17,341 nt of DNA from PVC group bacterium (GTDB lineage: Bacteria > Auribacterota > Erginobacteria > Erginobacterales > Erginobacteraceae), in NCBI GenBank assembly GCA_043804695.1, contig JAZDIV010000147.1:1-17341 (forward strand). The letters run 5' to 3'. Positions 1-8,350 of this stretch are shown piece by piece (the first letter of the stretch is position 1; the number at the start of each line of letters is the position of its first letter). Both the position numbers and the translations under genes were made by a program. Below the pieces are notes generated by a model. That model did not search any database and was not told the origin of the DNA. It saw only the letters and a program-made list of their open reading frames with translations.

Positions 1-146
1 AGACGAAAAAGTAACCAGTAAAAAATATTTTATTTTGTTTTATTACGCTAAGGGCTTACCGTTGTTTATTGAGCAGTTGCATTCAAACTAATTCTTGGGT
101 AATCATCAGTCTGTTACAAGTTTAAAAGGTACAATTCACTCCAATT

Positions 147-181
147 TTTCTAAATTAGCGCCGGAGGCGCTAATTTAGAAA
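147..181. repeat. Perfect 16-bp inverted repeat (TTTCTAAATTAGCGCC-GGA-GGCGCTAATTTAGAAA); partial copy of the dispersed element at 4590/8286, possibly also a terminator for the 191-2473 gene
   Basis: Arms 147-162 and 166-181 are exact reverse complements. The core TAGCGCC-GRA-GGCGCTAATTTA recurs at 4638 and 8326. It lies 9 bp past the stop codon of the minus-strand CDS. Confidence 0.85.
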
Positions 182-190
182 TAAATCGCG

Positions 191-2473
191 TTACCTGGTA
201 ACCGGCAGATCGCCGCGCCGGCCGAAATAAACCCTGGTCAACCCCCGGACCGCCCAGAGGCCGCACTCTTCCCGGAAGACGGCGACGGACCACGCGCCGC
301 CCGCCAGAAAAGACAGGCCGAGCGGCTGGTCGCCTCCCCGCCCGAAGTAAATCCTCCCTCCCTCCCGCACGGCCCAGAGCCCGGAAGCAGGGCGGAAGAC
401 GGCCGGGTCAACGATCCCGTCGGCGTCGAGATCGCCGGTTACCGGCCGGTCCCCCGGCCAGCCGAAATAGAAGCGGCTGATATCTTTAACCGCCCAGAGG
501 CCGGTCCCCGGCCGATAGACCCCGATATCGGCCCGGCCATCCCCGTCCCAATCGTCCGTACGGGGGAGGTCGCCGGCCGCGCCGAAATAGGCGCGGGTTT
601 GGTCCCGGACCGCCCAGAGGCCGGAGGAGGGACGGAATAGCGCGGAGTCGGCGGTGTTGTCGCCGTCGTAATCGGCGCCGGCCGGCTGGTCGCCCTTTCG
701 CCCGTAATAGAAGCGGGAGACGCCCCGGATCGCCCATAATCCCGTAACGTCCCGGAAGACCGCGATATCGGTGGAGCCGTCGCCGTCATAATCGGCCGGG
801 GCTGGCCGGTCGCCGGCCGCCCCGTAATAGACCCGGGAGATATCCCAAATCGCCCAGAGCCCGGTTTCCGGCCGGTAGACGGCGATATCGGAGACGCCGT
901 CGCCGTCGTAATCGCCGGAGAAAACCAGGGGCAAACACGATGCCTCCGGCGCCGCCGTGGGCGCGGCTGTCGGCGCGGCGGTCGGCGCGGGCCAGGGGGT
1001 GGCCGGCGCGGGGGTCGGCGGAATCGTAGGCGCGGCGGGTGACGGTCCGGGCGGGGCGGTCGGCGAGGCCGGGGCGGGCGAAGAGGTGGGCGCAGGGCGA
1101 GCGGTGGTCACGGCAATCTGGTCGGAGTACCGTCTCTCATAGCAAACCCGGTAGCCGGACTGGCTGTAGATCCGCTTCGCCGATATCCGGTAGTAGTAGA
1201 TTGTCCCGGCGGATAGCCCGGCGTCGATATACAATGTGCCGGGAACGGTCTCCTCGTTGACCTTCCGGTAGATGCCGGTCGGCTCGCAGCCGGGGTTGGC
1301 ATCCAGCCCGGCGCCCGGATCGCCGTTGCTGACGGGCGACCGGTAAATATCATATCCGCTCGCCCCCGGGACCGGCTCCCAGCTCAGTCCGATGTAATCG
1401 GCCCCGGCGCCGGTGGGATGGAGTCCCCGGGGACGGTCGGGAGGAGGAAATACCAGGTCCCTTGACCCGCCGGGGGTTTCAACCTCATCGACATATGCCC
1501 GGGCCCGGGTGATCTCAAAATTACCGAGGCTGTCGCATTTGACAATCACCGTCCCGTCCAGGTCATTGCGATAGACAATGCCGCCGGCGTTCAGGATGCT
1601 GTCCAGGGCTTCCTGGCGGGGGTGGGAACGGGATCCGGCCCCCGTGCCGTAAGCCATCTGGGCCACCGCGTACCCGGGCTTCATCGCCGCCAGGAAATCG
1701 GGATCGCTGGACGACGCGCTGCCGTGGTGGTGGACCTTGTAGATATCGGTGTCGGCCAGCTCCGCCAGCGCCCCGGGATAGCTGTGGGGAACGGTCTCCT
1801 GCAAAACCCATTTTTCCTGCTTGCTGTCGAGAGCGTCGCCGCCGGTCAAAAAGACGCTTTCCCCGCAGCGGATCTGGATCAGGGCGGACCAGGCGTTGTC
1901 ACTGCTCCCGCCGGGTGAGGCCGCGTTGGCGCAGAGAACCCGGGCGCTGATGGAGGGGTCCCAGCCGGGGCCGACGTTCGTCTCCGGTCCGCTCAGATAA
2001 TCACCGGCGTCGTAGGTATAAATGGACGCTCCTTGCGCCCGCAGATCCGCGATCAGACCGTCATAGGCCGGCTTTTTCCCTTCCGGCCAGATGGCGTTCT
2101 CAAAATAGTTCACGACCCGGTAATGGCCGGCCACCGCCGGCAGGCCTCCGTAATGGTCCAACCCCGGCGAAGAGCAGGCCATGTTCCAGAGAGTGCCCCC
2201 GGCCCCGATCTTTTCATCGAGGAAGGATATCAGAACGTTCTTGGAGCCGCTCCGCCCGCCGTCCATCAAAAGGTTCCGGTCGTCTCCGGTTCCCAGTACC
2301 CCGTCCTCTCCCGGGAACTCGTAGTAACTGCTCTCCCCGTAAGTTGACGACTCTCCTTCGGCGCACCACTGGATAAAATAGGCCCGCATATAGCCGGTCC
2401 CGGCCGGGACCGGAGCGGGTGAAAAAAGAACCGCTGTCACGACAGCCGCCAGTATCTTTATTCTCCTGATCAT
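191..2473 (-). CDS. Secreted modular protein: signal peptide, ComEC/Rec2-like MBL-fold hydrolase domain, fibronectin type III domain, Pro/Ala/Thr linker, six 40-aa FG-GAP/VCBS-like repeats
   Basis: 760-aa ORF with N-terminus MIRRIKILAAVVTAVLFSPAPVPA and GAGGGAG RBS. ComEC-MBL-like motifs LMDGG, DHYGG, FLTGGDA, YKVHHHGS, SHP, YRNDLDGTV. FN3 hallmarks LSWEPVPGASGYDIYR and YIDAGLSAGTIYYYRISA. Repeats DYDGDG..D.AVFR...GLWA.R...R.YFG..GD.P. Confidence 0.85.
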   Translation of the reverse strand: MIRRIKILAAVVTAVLFSPAPVPAGTGYMRAYFIQWCAEGESSTYGESSYYEFPGEDGVLGTGDDRNLLMDGGRSGSKNVLISFLDEKIGAGGTLWNMACSSPGLDHYGGLPAVAGHYRVVNYFENAIWPEGKKPAYDGLIADLRAQGASIYTYDAGDYLSGPETNVGPGWDPSISARVLCANAASPGGSSDNAWSALIQIRCGESVFLTGGDALDSKQEKWVLQETVPHSYPGALAELADTDIYKVHHHGSASSSDPDFLAAMKPGYAVAQMAYGTGAGSRSHPRQEALDSILNAGGIVYRNDLDGTVIVKCDSLGNFEITRARAYVDEVETPGGSRDLVFPPPDRPRGLHPTGAGADYIGLSWEPVPGASGYDIYRSPVSNGDPGAGLDANPGCEPTGIYRKVNEETVPGTLYIDAGLSAGTIYYYRISAKRIYSQSGYRVCYERRYSDQIAVTTARPAPTSSPAPASPTAPPGPSPAAPTIPPTPAPATPWPAPTAAPTAAPTAAPEASCLPLVFSGDYDGDGVSDIAVYRPETGLWAIWDISRVYYGAAGDRPAPADYDGDGSTDIAVFRDVTGLWAIRGVSRFYYGRKGDQPAGADYDGDNTADSALFRPSSGLWAVRDQTRAYFGAAGDLPRTDDWDGDGRADIGVYRPGTGLWAVKDISRFYFGWPGDRPVTGDLDADGIVDPAVFRPASGLWAVREGGRIYFGRGGDQPLGLSFLAGGAWSVAVFREECGLWAVRGLTRVYFGRRGDLPVTR
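194..916 (-). repeat. Six tandem ~120-bp coding repeats (40-aa FG-GAP-like units), probable beta-propeller module
   Basis: GLWA(I/V) recurs every 40 aa; 241 aa = 6x40+1; five units keep a DxDxDG-like loop. Confidence 0.85.
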
Positions 2474-2559
2474 ATACCCGTTTCTCCCTCAGCAGTCGTC
2501 GTTCAACTTATGAATACATCGGGCCAATCGTGTAAAGATCACACATAACCGCCGGGAAG

Positions 2560-2577
2560 TTGTCATCGAATTGTCAT
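2560..2577. promoter_or_regulatory. Direct repeat TTGTCAT-N4-TTGTCAT with 11-bp period; candidate OmpR/PhoB-family binding site
   Basis: Identical heptamers at 2560-2566 and 2571-2577 resemble the Pho box (CTGTCAT-N4-CTGTCAY). The site lies between the upstream terminator and the start of the 191-2473 gene. Confidence 0.4.
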
Positions 2578-2585
2578 TAAAAAGT

Positions 2586-2617
2586 AAAAAAAACCGCGCC
2601 GAAAAGCATCTGCGCGG
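2586..2617 (-). terminator. Rho-independent terminator after the TPR gene
   Basis: Minus strand reads CCGCGC-12 nt-GCGCGG followed by T8 (A-tract 2586-2593 on +), about 50 bp after the stop at 2667. Confidence 0.6.
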
Positions 2618-2666
2618 GGGACGTGAACCCTGCCGGATCCACGGGACCGGAACGGCCGGCCGGAGA

Positions 2667-3734
2667 CTATTTTTTAGTCTCCGCTTCCTTGAGACGGTCG
2701 ATCCGGGAACGGAGGAGATCGCCGTGGCGGGCCGGAGCTTTCTTGACCGCTTCTTTATAATACCAGACCGCCACCCGGGGCTTATTCTGGAAATGTTCGC
2801 TGAGGAAAGCCAGCCGGTACGGGGGATACCAGCTTTCCGGGTAGAGCTGGCGGGCGCGGCTGTATACCTCCGCCGCCTCTTTGTAGTGCCCTTCCCGGGT
2901 CCGGGCCTCCCCGAGATCGAGCAGACCCTGCAATTCTCCGGGGATAGTCTCCGATTCGCCGGCGCCCACGGCCTCGGTCAGCAGGTGGAGTTCGTATTCA
3001 ACCCGGGTTTTGTCTTCGGTGTCATTCTTCCGGGAATAGATGCCCCAGAGCCGGATCCCCTCCTCCGGAATACCTGCCGCCCGATAACACTTGGCCAGAT
3101 CCCGGTAGGCGGCGAAGTTATTCTGATACTCGGGTGACTTTATGATCTGGTTATAATAATAAATCGCCTCCTGATGCTCTCCGAGTTCACGGCAGGTCTG
3201 AGCCATCAGGAACTGGAGATAGCGGTTCTGGGGATCGAGCGCCAGCGCTTCCCGGAACGCTTCCCGGGCATCGACCGGGTTCCCTCCGTCCAGGGCGCCC
3301 AGGCCCCGGCTGATCAGCGCCGGGAGGGGGATTGCTTCCTTCTCTTCCGTTTCGGCGGGCAGACCGGCATACAGTCTCACCAGCCCCTCCGAAACCTGCT
3401 CGCGGATCAGGGGGAAGTCCCTGTATTCATCCAGGGCCCGCTGATAGCATTCGATGGCGTCCGACACCTTCCCCATCTTTTCCAGGCAGATCCCCAGCCG
3501 GACCGCGGCTCTCCCGGCCAGCCGGGGCCCGCTGCCGGAATCGGCGGCGATCGACCGGTATATCTCCGCCGCCGCCGCGGGTTCCCCGAGCGCTATTTCC
3601 CGGTAGAGCCCCCGGTAGAGCCGGTCGGCCGCCGCCCGGACCGACGGCCCGGATTCCGGGGAACCCCCGGCCGGAAAGGCCGGGGCGGCGATCAGGAGCA
3701 GCGCGCCCGTTACAAACAGAATCAATCGGTTCAC
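2667..3734 (-). CDS. Exported tetratricopeptide-repeat (TPR) protein
   Basis: 355 aa, GTG start 6 nt after the regulator stop codon. Signal-peptide-like MNRLILFVTGALLLIAAPAFPA. TPR-like segments include LGICLEKMGKVSDAIECYQRAL, AREAFREALALDPQN and LGEHQEAIYYYNQII. Confidence 0.85.
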   Translation of the reverse strand: MNRLILFVTGALLLIAAPAFPAGGSPESGPSVRAAADRLYRGLYREIALGEPAAAAEIYRSIAADSGSGPRLAGRAAVRLGICLEKMGKVSDAIECYQRALDEYRDFPLIREQVSEGLVRLYAGLPAETEEKEAIPLPALISRGLGALDGGNPVDAREAFREALALDPQNRYLQFLMAQTCRELGEHQEAIYYYNQIIKSPEYQNNFAAYRDLAKCYRAAGIPEEGIRLWGIYSRKNDTEDKTRVEYELHLLTEAVGAGESETIPGELQGLLDLGEARTREGHYKEAAEVYSRARQLYPESWYPPYRLAFLSEHFQNKPRVAVWYYKEAVKKAPARHGDLLRSRIDRLKEAETKK

Positions 3735-3740
3735 TATTAA

Positions 3741-4424
3741 TCAGTCTCCAATCAGCTGGTAACCGGCCCCGTAAACGGTCACGATATGACGCGGATTCTT
3801 CGGATCAGCTTCGATCTTCTTCCGCAGTTTCAGTATCAGGTTGTCGACCGTTCGGGTGGTGGGATAGACATCAAAACCCCAGATCTCATCGAGCAGTGCA
3901 TCCCTGGTCACGACTTTGTCCCGGCGGACAAGCAGATAGCCGAGGATCCTGGTCTCCAGGGCCGTCATGCTTACACTCTCGCCGCCCCGGATGACCCGAA
4001 AGCTCTCCAGATCGATCTCGGCGTCGCCGATTACGTGCCGGGCCTTTTCATCCGGCAGCGACTCTCTTCTCCGGCAAAGGACCTTGATCCGAGCCAGCAG
4101 CTCCCGGACCCCGAACGGCTTGGTCATGTAATCATCCGCCCCCAGTTCCAGGCCGTGGACTTTATCCGCCTCCTCTCCCCGGGCCGAGAGCATGAGAACC
4201 CGGACCGCCGGGATCTCCTTCTTGAGACAGCGGCAGACGTCATACCCGCTGATGTCGGGAAGCATGACGTCCAGGACAACAACCGCGGGGGGCTGCTTCC
4301 GGGCCAGCTCGATCCCCGCTTCCCCGGTCGCGGCGGTCACGGCCTCGTACCCCTGAGTCCGGAAGAAATCCTCCAGACTCTTCAACAGCTTTTCCTCATC
4401 CTCGATGATCAGTATCCGTTCCAT
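3741..4424 (-). CDS. OmpR/PhoB-family DNA-binding response regulator
   Basis: 227 aa. Receiver motifs ILIIEDE, VVLDVMLP (phospho-Asp), LSAR, GADDYMTKPF. Winged-helix motifs TRTVDNLILKLRKKIE and TVYGAGY. Strong GAGGAGG RBS. Confidence 0.95.
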   Translation of the reverse strand: MERILIIEDEEKLLKSLEDFFRTQGYEAVTAATGEAGIELARKQPPAVVVLDVMLPDISGYDVCRCLKKEIPAVRVLMLSARGEEADKVHGLELGADDYMTKPFGVRELLARIKVLCRRRESLPDEKARHVIGDAEIDLESFRVIRGGESVSMTALETRILGYLLVRRDKVVTRDALLDEIWGFDVYPTTRTVDNLILKLRKKIEADPKNPRHIVTVYGAGYQLIGD

Positions 4425-4589
4425 CGGCCACTCCTCCTCTCTATTCCCGCTTTCTGTTCCGTAATCTTATTTTTTCTTCGAAAAAACAAGAACAGTATAT
4501 CTGAAGCCGACTGATAAATTATATTCCAGGTAAATAGCGGCTGAGGTTATAAGGCTATTTTATCATGTTTTCTCTGTGAAAATATTTTA

Positions 4590-4662
4590 GTTAACCAGCA
4601 GCCACCCGACGGAATCAGTCGGGTGGCCGGTATAAAGTAGCGCCGAAGGCGCTAATTTATAT
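4590..4662. mobile_element. Dispersed two-hairpin palindromic element (MITE/REP-like), copy 1
   Basis: GTTAACCAGCA, then hairpin GCCACCCGAC/GTCGGGTGGC (4601-4627), then 32 bp (4631-4662) identical to 8319-8350. The repetition is observed; mobility is inferred. Confidence 0.6.
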
Positions 4663-6793
4663 CCGGGGTGATCGGGATGATGAGAGTGAAGATGCTCCCC
4701 CATCCCAGCCGGCTCTTCACCTCGACCCGGCCCCCGTGAGCCTCCGCTATATGTCTGACGATGGAAAGCCCGAGGCCGGCGCCTTTGCGAGCCCGGCTCT
4801 GTACCAGCCGGGAACGGTAAAATTGGTCGAAGATCCGGTTGATGTCTTCCCGGCTGATGCCCATCCCCCGGTCCTTGACACTGAGAAGCATTTCATCGTT
4901 CCGGCGGCGGAGCTCCACCCATATTCTTCTGTCCGTCCGGAAAAACATGACCGCGTTGTGCATCAGGTTGATCAGGGCCTGGGAGAGAGCGTCCCCGTCC
5001 ACCATCGCCCGGGGGATGTCGCTTCCCTCCTGATAGATAATAACAAATCCCTCGGTTCGGGCGTATTCTTCGAAAGCTCTGATCGTGCGTGATACCGTCT
5101 CCCGGATGTCGGTGAGCTGGAAGACATAACGTTTTTTGCCGGCGCCGATCTTGGAAAAGTCCAGCACGTTGTCTATCAGCCGGCTGAGCCTCTCGCTTTC
5201 GGAGGTGATGAACCCGAAGTATTCTTTCTCTTTCTCCCGGCTGGAGACCGCTCCCATCTCCAGAATCTCTCCTACCGCCCGGATGGTTGCCAGAGGAGTT
5301 CTCAGTTCGTGGGAGACCCGGGAGATAAAATCGCTTTTCAGCCGGGCGAGTTCCGTGTCCTTTTTGATCAGCCGGTAAATCACGTAAATGCCGAGAAAAA
5401 TGATCGCCAGAAGAAACAGGATATAGCCCAGGCGGTTTCTTCGCTCCTGGCGGGAGAACTCCAGAAAAAAACCCCGGCTCTGATAGATCACCCGTAATTC
5501 CCAGTCCGGCAGAACCGGGGCCAGGGACTGCACGATCCGGTAACGGGAGTCGGTGGCGGGATCGCCGCCCCGGGCGGCTTCATCCCCCTCTCCGTTATAG
5601 ATGACGATGTTCACATCCGCTTCCGCCTCCATCACCCCGACGATGACCTCCCGGATCGTGTCCCGGAACCAGGAAGGATCGAGGATGACTCCCAGGATCA
5701 TGCCTTCCCCCGGGGCGGGCGCACGGATCATCCTGATCGTCACGATCGCCTCCTCCCCGTCAACGGTGCCCGAAAACACCTTCACATCATCACCCTCCTC
5801 TTCGGCGAGCGGGAGCAGCCTCGCATACTCGGTGCGGACGGCCTCCTGCAGCTGTTCGCCCCAGAGGGCCGCCTGTTCCCGCCGGCGCCAGCGGTCGGCC
5901 AGGCGATCGATTTCCAGGCACGATTCCCTGTCCAGAATTCCTTCTTTTTTGAGTTCGTTTGCCGTTTCCACGGCCTGCCGGGCGAAGAAGGACGCCTCTT
6001 CGATGCTCCCCGCCAGGTTTCCCTGTAAAAGCTGATCCAGGATATGCCGGCAGTGCTCGAAAGAGCGGCCGTATTCGAACTGGAGGCGCTCGATCAGGGC
6101 CAGCTGGAGAAGGGCCGTCAGTTTAAGGGAGAGCCCCCCCACTGAAACGGGCGGAACAGGCAGATCGGACAGTTTCCGGTAATAGTCCGCGGCCGCCCGG
6201 TAATCTTTGGCCCGGAAAGATACCCGGCCCCGGGCATTGAGAGTTATCGCTTCGGCAAGATCGGATTGACCGAGCGCCCGGGCCTCCTGATATTTCCGGA
6301 GAACCAGGGCGGGATCCCCGCCGGCGAACTCTTCCCCCTCCCCTCCTAAAAACTTCCGGGCAAACGAGCGGTCGACGTTCGAGAGGACGGCCAGTTCCCG
6401 GGCATCGGTCAATTCGACGGCGGAGGGACCGAAGGGAAAGAGGCGGTTGAGGTTGCCGTCAAACAGGAAAAAGTCCCCGCAGAGCGGGGACGACTCGCAG
6501 GCATCCCGGAGAATTTCAGCCGGTTCCCGGGACGGATCGGCTTCTTCCAGATACCGTGACAGCCCGGATTCTTCCTCGAGAACCGCACTAAAGAGCGTAT
6601 TCCGGCAGATGCCGCCGACCCGGTTCAGGTAAGCCGCGATCTTTTGATTGATTGTCTCCGGCTTCTCGGCCAGTGACCGGGAAACCAGGAACGCCAGGAT
6701 AATCACCGGGATGAATACGAAGAATACAAATAGGAAGAGGACTCTCCCCCTCCTCAATCTTTCAATCACCGGAGCTAACCGCCGGGGAAGCAT
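4652..6793 (-). CDS. Membrane sensor histidine kinase (HisKA + HATPase_c) with a large extracytoplasmic domain containing TPR-like helices
   Basis: The ORF is open from 6907; ATG at 6793 is preferred (GAGG upstream, TM1 follows; 713 aa). Two hydrophobic segments, VLFLFVFFVFIPVIILAFLV and LGYILFLLAIIFLGIYVIY. H-box SHELRTPL, N-box NLMHNA, G1 DRGMGI, F-box IFDQFYR, G2 GAGLGL. Confidence 0.93.
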   Translation of the reverse strand: MLPRRLAPVIERLRRGRVLFLFVFFVFIPVIILAFLVSRSLAEKPETINQKIAAYLNRVGGICRNTLFSAVLEEESGLSRYLEEADPSREPAEILRDACESSPLCGDFFLFDGNLNRLFPFGPSAVELTDARELAVLSNVDRSFARKFLGGEGEEFAGGDPALVLRKYQEARALGQSDLAEAITLNARGRVSFRAKDYRAAADYYRKLSDLPVPPVSVGGLSLKLTALLQLALIERLQFEYGRSFEHCRHILDQLLQGNLAGSIEEASFFARQAVETANELKKEGILDRESCLEIDRLADRWRRREQAALWGEQLQEAVRTEYARLLPLAEEEGDDVKVFSGTVDGEEAIVTIRMIRAPAPGEGMILGVILDPSWFRDTIREVIVGVMEAEADVNIVIYNGEGDEAARGGDPATDSRYRIVQSLAPVLPDWELRVIYQSRGFFLEFSRQERRNRLGYILFLLAIIFLGIYVIYRLIKKDTELARLKSDFISRVSHELRTPLATIRAVGEILEMGAVSSREKEKEYFGFITSESERLSRLIDNVLDFSKIGAGKKRYVFQLTDIRETVSRTIRAFEEYARTEGFVIIYQEGSDIPRAMVDGDALSQALINLMHNAVMFFRTDRRIWVELRRRNDEMLLSVKDRGMGISREDINRIFDQFYRSRLVQSRARKGAGLGLSIVRHIAEAHGGRVEVKSRLGWGSIFTLIIPITPDIN

Positions 6794-6947
6794 AGCCTTG
6801 CCTCTGTCTGATTGATGAACAATAAATTCCGGAAAACGTTCCGGAGTGATTGAGTACTTTAGTACAGACTGACCCTCAATTATTCCGATACCGCAATCAT
6901 ACCGCAACCATAAAAATAGATTTTATTAGCAGGCGCCGGGACGAAAG

Positions 6948-6953
6948 TATAAT
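6948..6953 (+). promoter_or_regulatory. Possible sigma70 -10 element for the DHH gene
   Basis: Perfect TATAAT in the AT-rich divergent intergenic region; no convincing -35. Confidence 0.3.
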
Positions 6954-7030
6954 ATGATCAATGAGCGTCTATCCACCTGTCGCGCGACGATGATTTATGG
7001 ACCTTAAAATTTTTGAAGAAAAATTTTACA

Positions 7031-8071
7031 ATGAGACAGGCAGACCAGGCAAACAAAGCCGAGCTGTTGGATGCGATCGTGACTGCCGTCCGGCGCTGCC
7101 AGCGGCTGGCCGTCTTCTCCCACGAGGAACCGGACGGGGACGCCATCGGCTCGCAGATCGCCCTGACCGCGGCCCTGAAGGAACTCGACAAAGACGTGAT
7201 TTCGCTGCGGGTCGACCCCGCCCCCCCCGCACTGGCCTTCCTGAACCGGGCCGGACTGGTCAGGCCGTATGCCCCGGCCGACGACGACGCGGCGATCCTC
7301 GCCTCCCAGGCGATCATCATGGTCGACTGCTGCAATTACTTCCGCCTCGGCGACCTGGCCGGCATCGCGGAGAGCGCTCCCGCTTTTGTCATCAACATCG
7401 ACCATCACCGGGACAACGCCTTCTTCGGCGATCTGAACTATGTCCGCTTCACGGCCGGGGGGGCCGCGGAACTGATCTTTGAAGTCGTCCGGGCGCTCGG
7501 CATCCCGGTTACGGGGACGATCGCCGAAGCCATTTACGTGGGGTTATCGACCGACACGGTGGGTTTCCGGTATATCGACCCGGAAGGAAACATGCTCGGG
7601 GTGATCCGGGATTTGATCGCGGGCGGGATCGACATCGAGGATCTCCAGGAAAAAATTTACTGCAACCAGCCGGACAGCTACCTCGACGACCTGGCGGCCC
7701 TCCTGGAAACGGTCCATTACGAATCCGGCGGGACGCTCGCCTGGTTTACCATGTTCAGGAGCAATTACCTGTCTTTTTACCAGCGGGAACTGGCCTCCGA
7801 GGCCCTGAAGCTGCTTCTGAGCATAAGAAAGATCCGGACAGCGGTGATGCTCCACGAGGAGCATTCCGGGATTGAGGTCTGGCTGCGGTCGAAGAAGGAT
7901 GTCAATGTCTCCCGGGCGGCCCTGAGAGTGGGCGGGGGCGGCCATCATACCGCCGCCGGGGCCCTGATCCGGGGGAAACGCCTGGAGGAGGCGATCGGAG
8001 AAGTATTGACGAGCGTCCGGGAGGAGATGGGGGAAGCGAAGAAAATGACGAAATCCTCAACCAGAAGCTGA
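7031..8071 (+). CDS. nrnA: DHH/DHHA1 phosphoesterase, NrnA-like (nanoRNase / pAp phosphatase)
   Basis: Motifs HEEPDGDAIGS, MVDC, INIDHH, STDT, LRS, GGGGHHTAAG. ATG at 7031 chosen; the ORF is open from TTG at 7013. Confidence 0.88.
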   Translation: MRQADQANKAELLDAIVTAVRRCQRLAVFSHEEPDGDAIGSQIALTAALKELDKDVISLRVDPAPPALAFLNRAGLVRPYAPADDDAAILASQAIIMVDCCNYFRLGDLAGIAESAPAFVINIDHHRDNAFFGDLNYVRFTAGGAAELIFEVVRALGIPVTGTIAEAIYVGLSTDTVGFRYIDPEGNMLGVIRDLIAGGIDIEDLQEKIYCNQPDSYLDDLAALLETVHYESGGTLAWFTMFRSNYLSFYQRELASEALKLLLSIRKIRTAVMLHEEHSGIEVWLRSKKDVNVSRAALRVGGGGHHTAAGALIRGKRLEEAIGEVLTSVREEMGEAKKMTKSSTRS

Positions 8072-8100
8072 TCCGCCTTTGGCGGAGAATGACGAAATCC
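8044..8100. repeat. 13-bp direct repeat AATGACGAAATCC flanking a 31-bp hairpin-containing insert
   Basis: Repeat copies at 8044-8056 and 8088-8100. The insert contains TCCGCC-TTT-GGCGGA (8072-8086) and the nrnA stop codon. Confidence 0.75.
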
Positions 8101-8285
8101 GAATGGTGAACATCCCCGCTTTCTACTCTCTGATCACGGTTGCTATTCCCCGTTCAGGAGCCGGTCGCATTCTGTTTTTTCTTCCCGATCGGCCGACGAT
8201 TTAATTCTCCGGGCAATAATGCACATAATACTCAGATTGAAATTAAAAGGCTTTTTTATGTTGTTGCCTCGATGATAATAGTATT

Positions 8286-8350
8286 GTTAACCAACAGACC
8301 CGACAAAGTCGGGTCCTTTATAAAGTAGCGCCGAAGGCGCTAATTTATAT
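8286..8350. mobile_element. Dispersed two-hairpin palindromic element, copy 2
   Basis: GTTAACCAACA, then GACCCGAC-AAA-GTCGGGTC (8297-8315), then TATAAAGTAGCGCCGAAGGCGCTAATTTATAT (8319-8350, identical to 4631-4662). It abuts the ATG at 8351. Confidence 0.6.

Noticed and set aside
1..146. Possible partial CDS at the window start
   Set aside because: AT-rich, with stop codons in the minus-strand frames examined and no supported start; treated as intergenic.
191..2473. Calling this gene comEC (DNA uptake channel)
   Set aside because: It lacks the multi-pass competence domain; only a divergent MBL-like domain is shared.
4465..4491. AT-rich hairpin TCTT-A-TTTTTTC-TTC-GAAAAAA-C-AAGA upstream of the regulator
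   Set aside because: A weak A/T stem with no second copy; operator, terminator and chance cannot be distinguished.
6794..6907. Longer start for the histidine kinase
   Set aside because: AT-rich, TTG start, lies in the divergent intergenic region; ATG 6793 has an RBS-like GAGG and precedes TM1.
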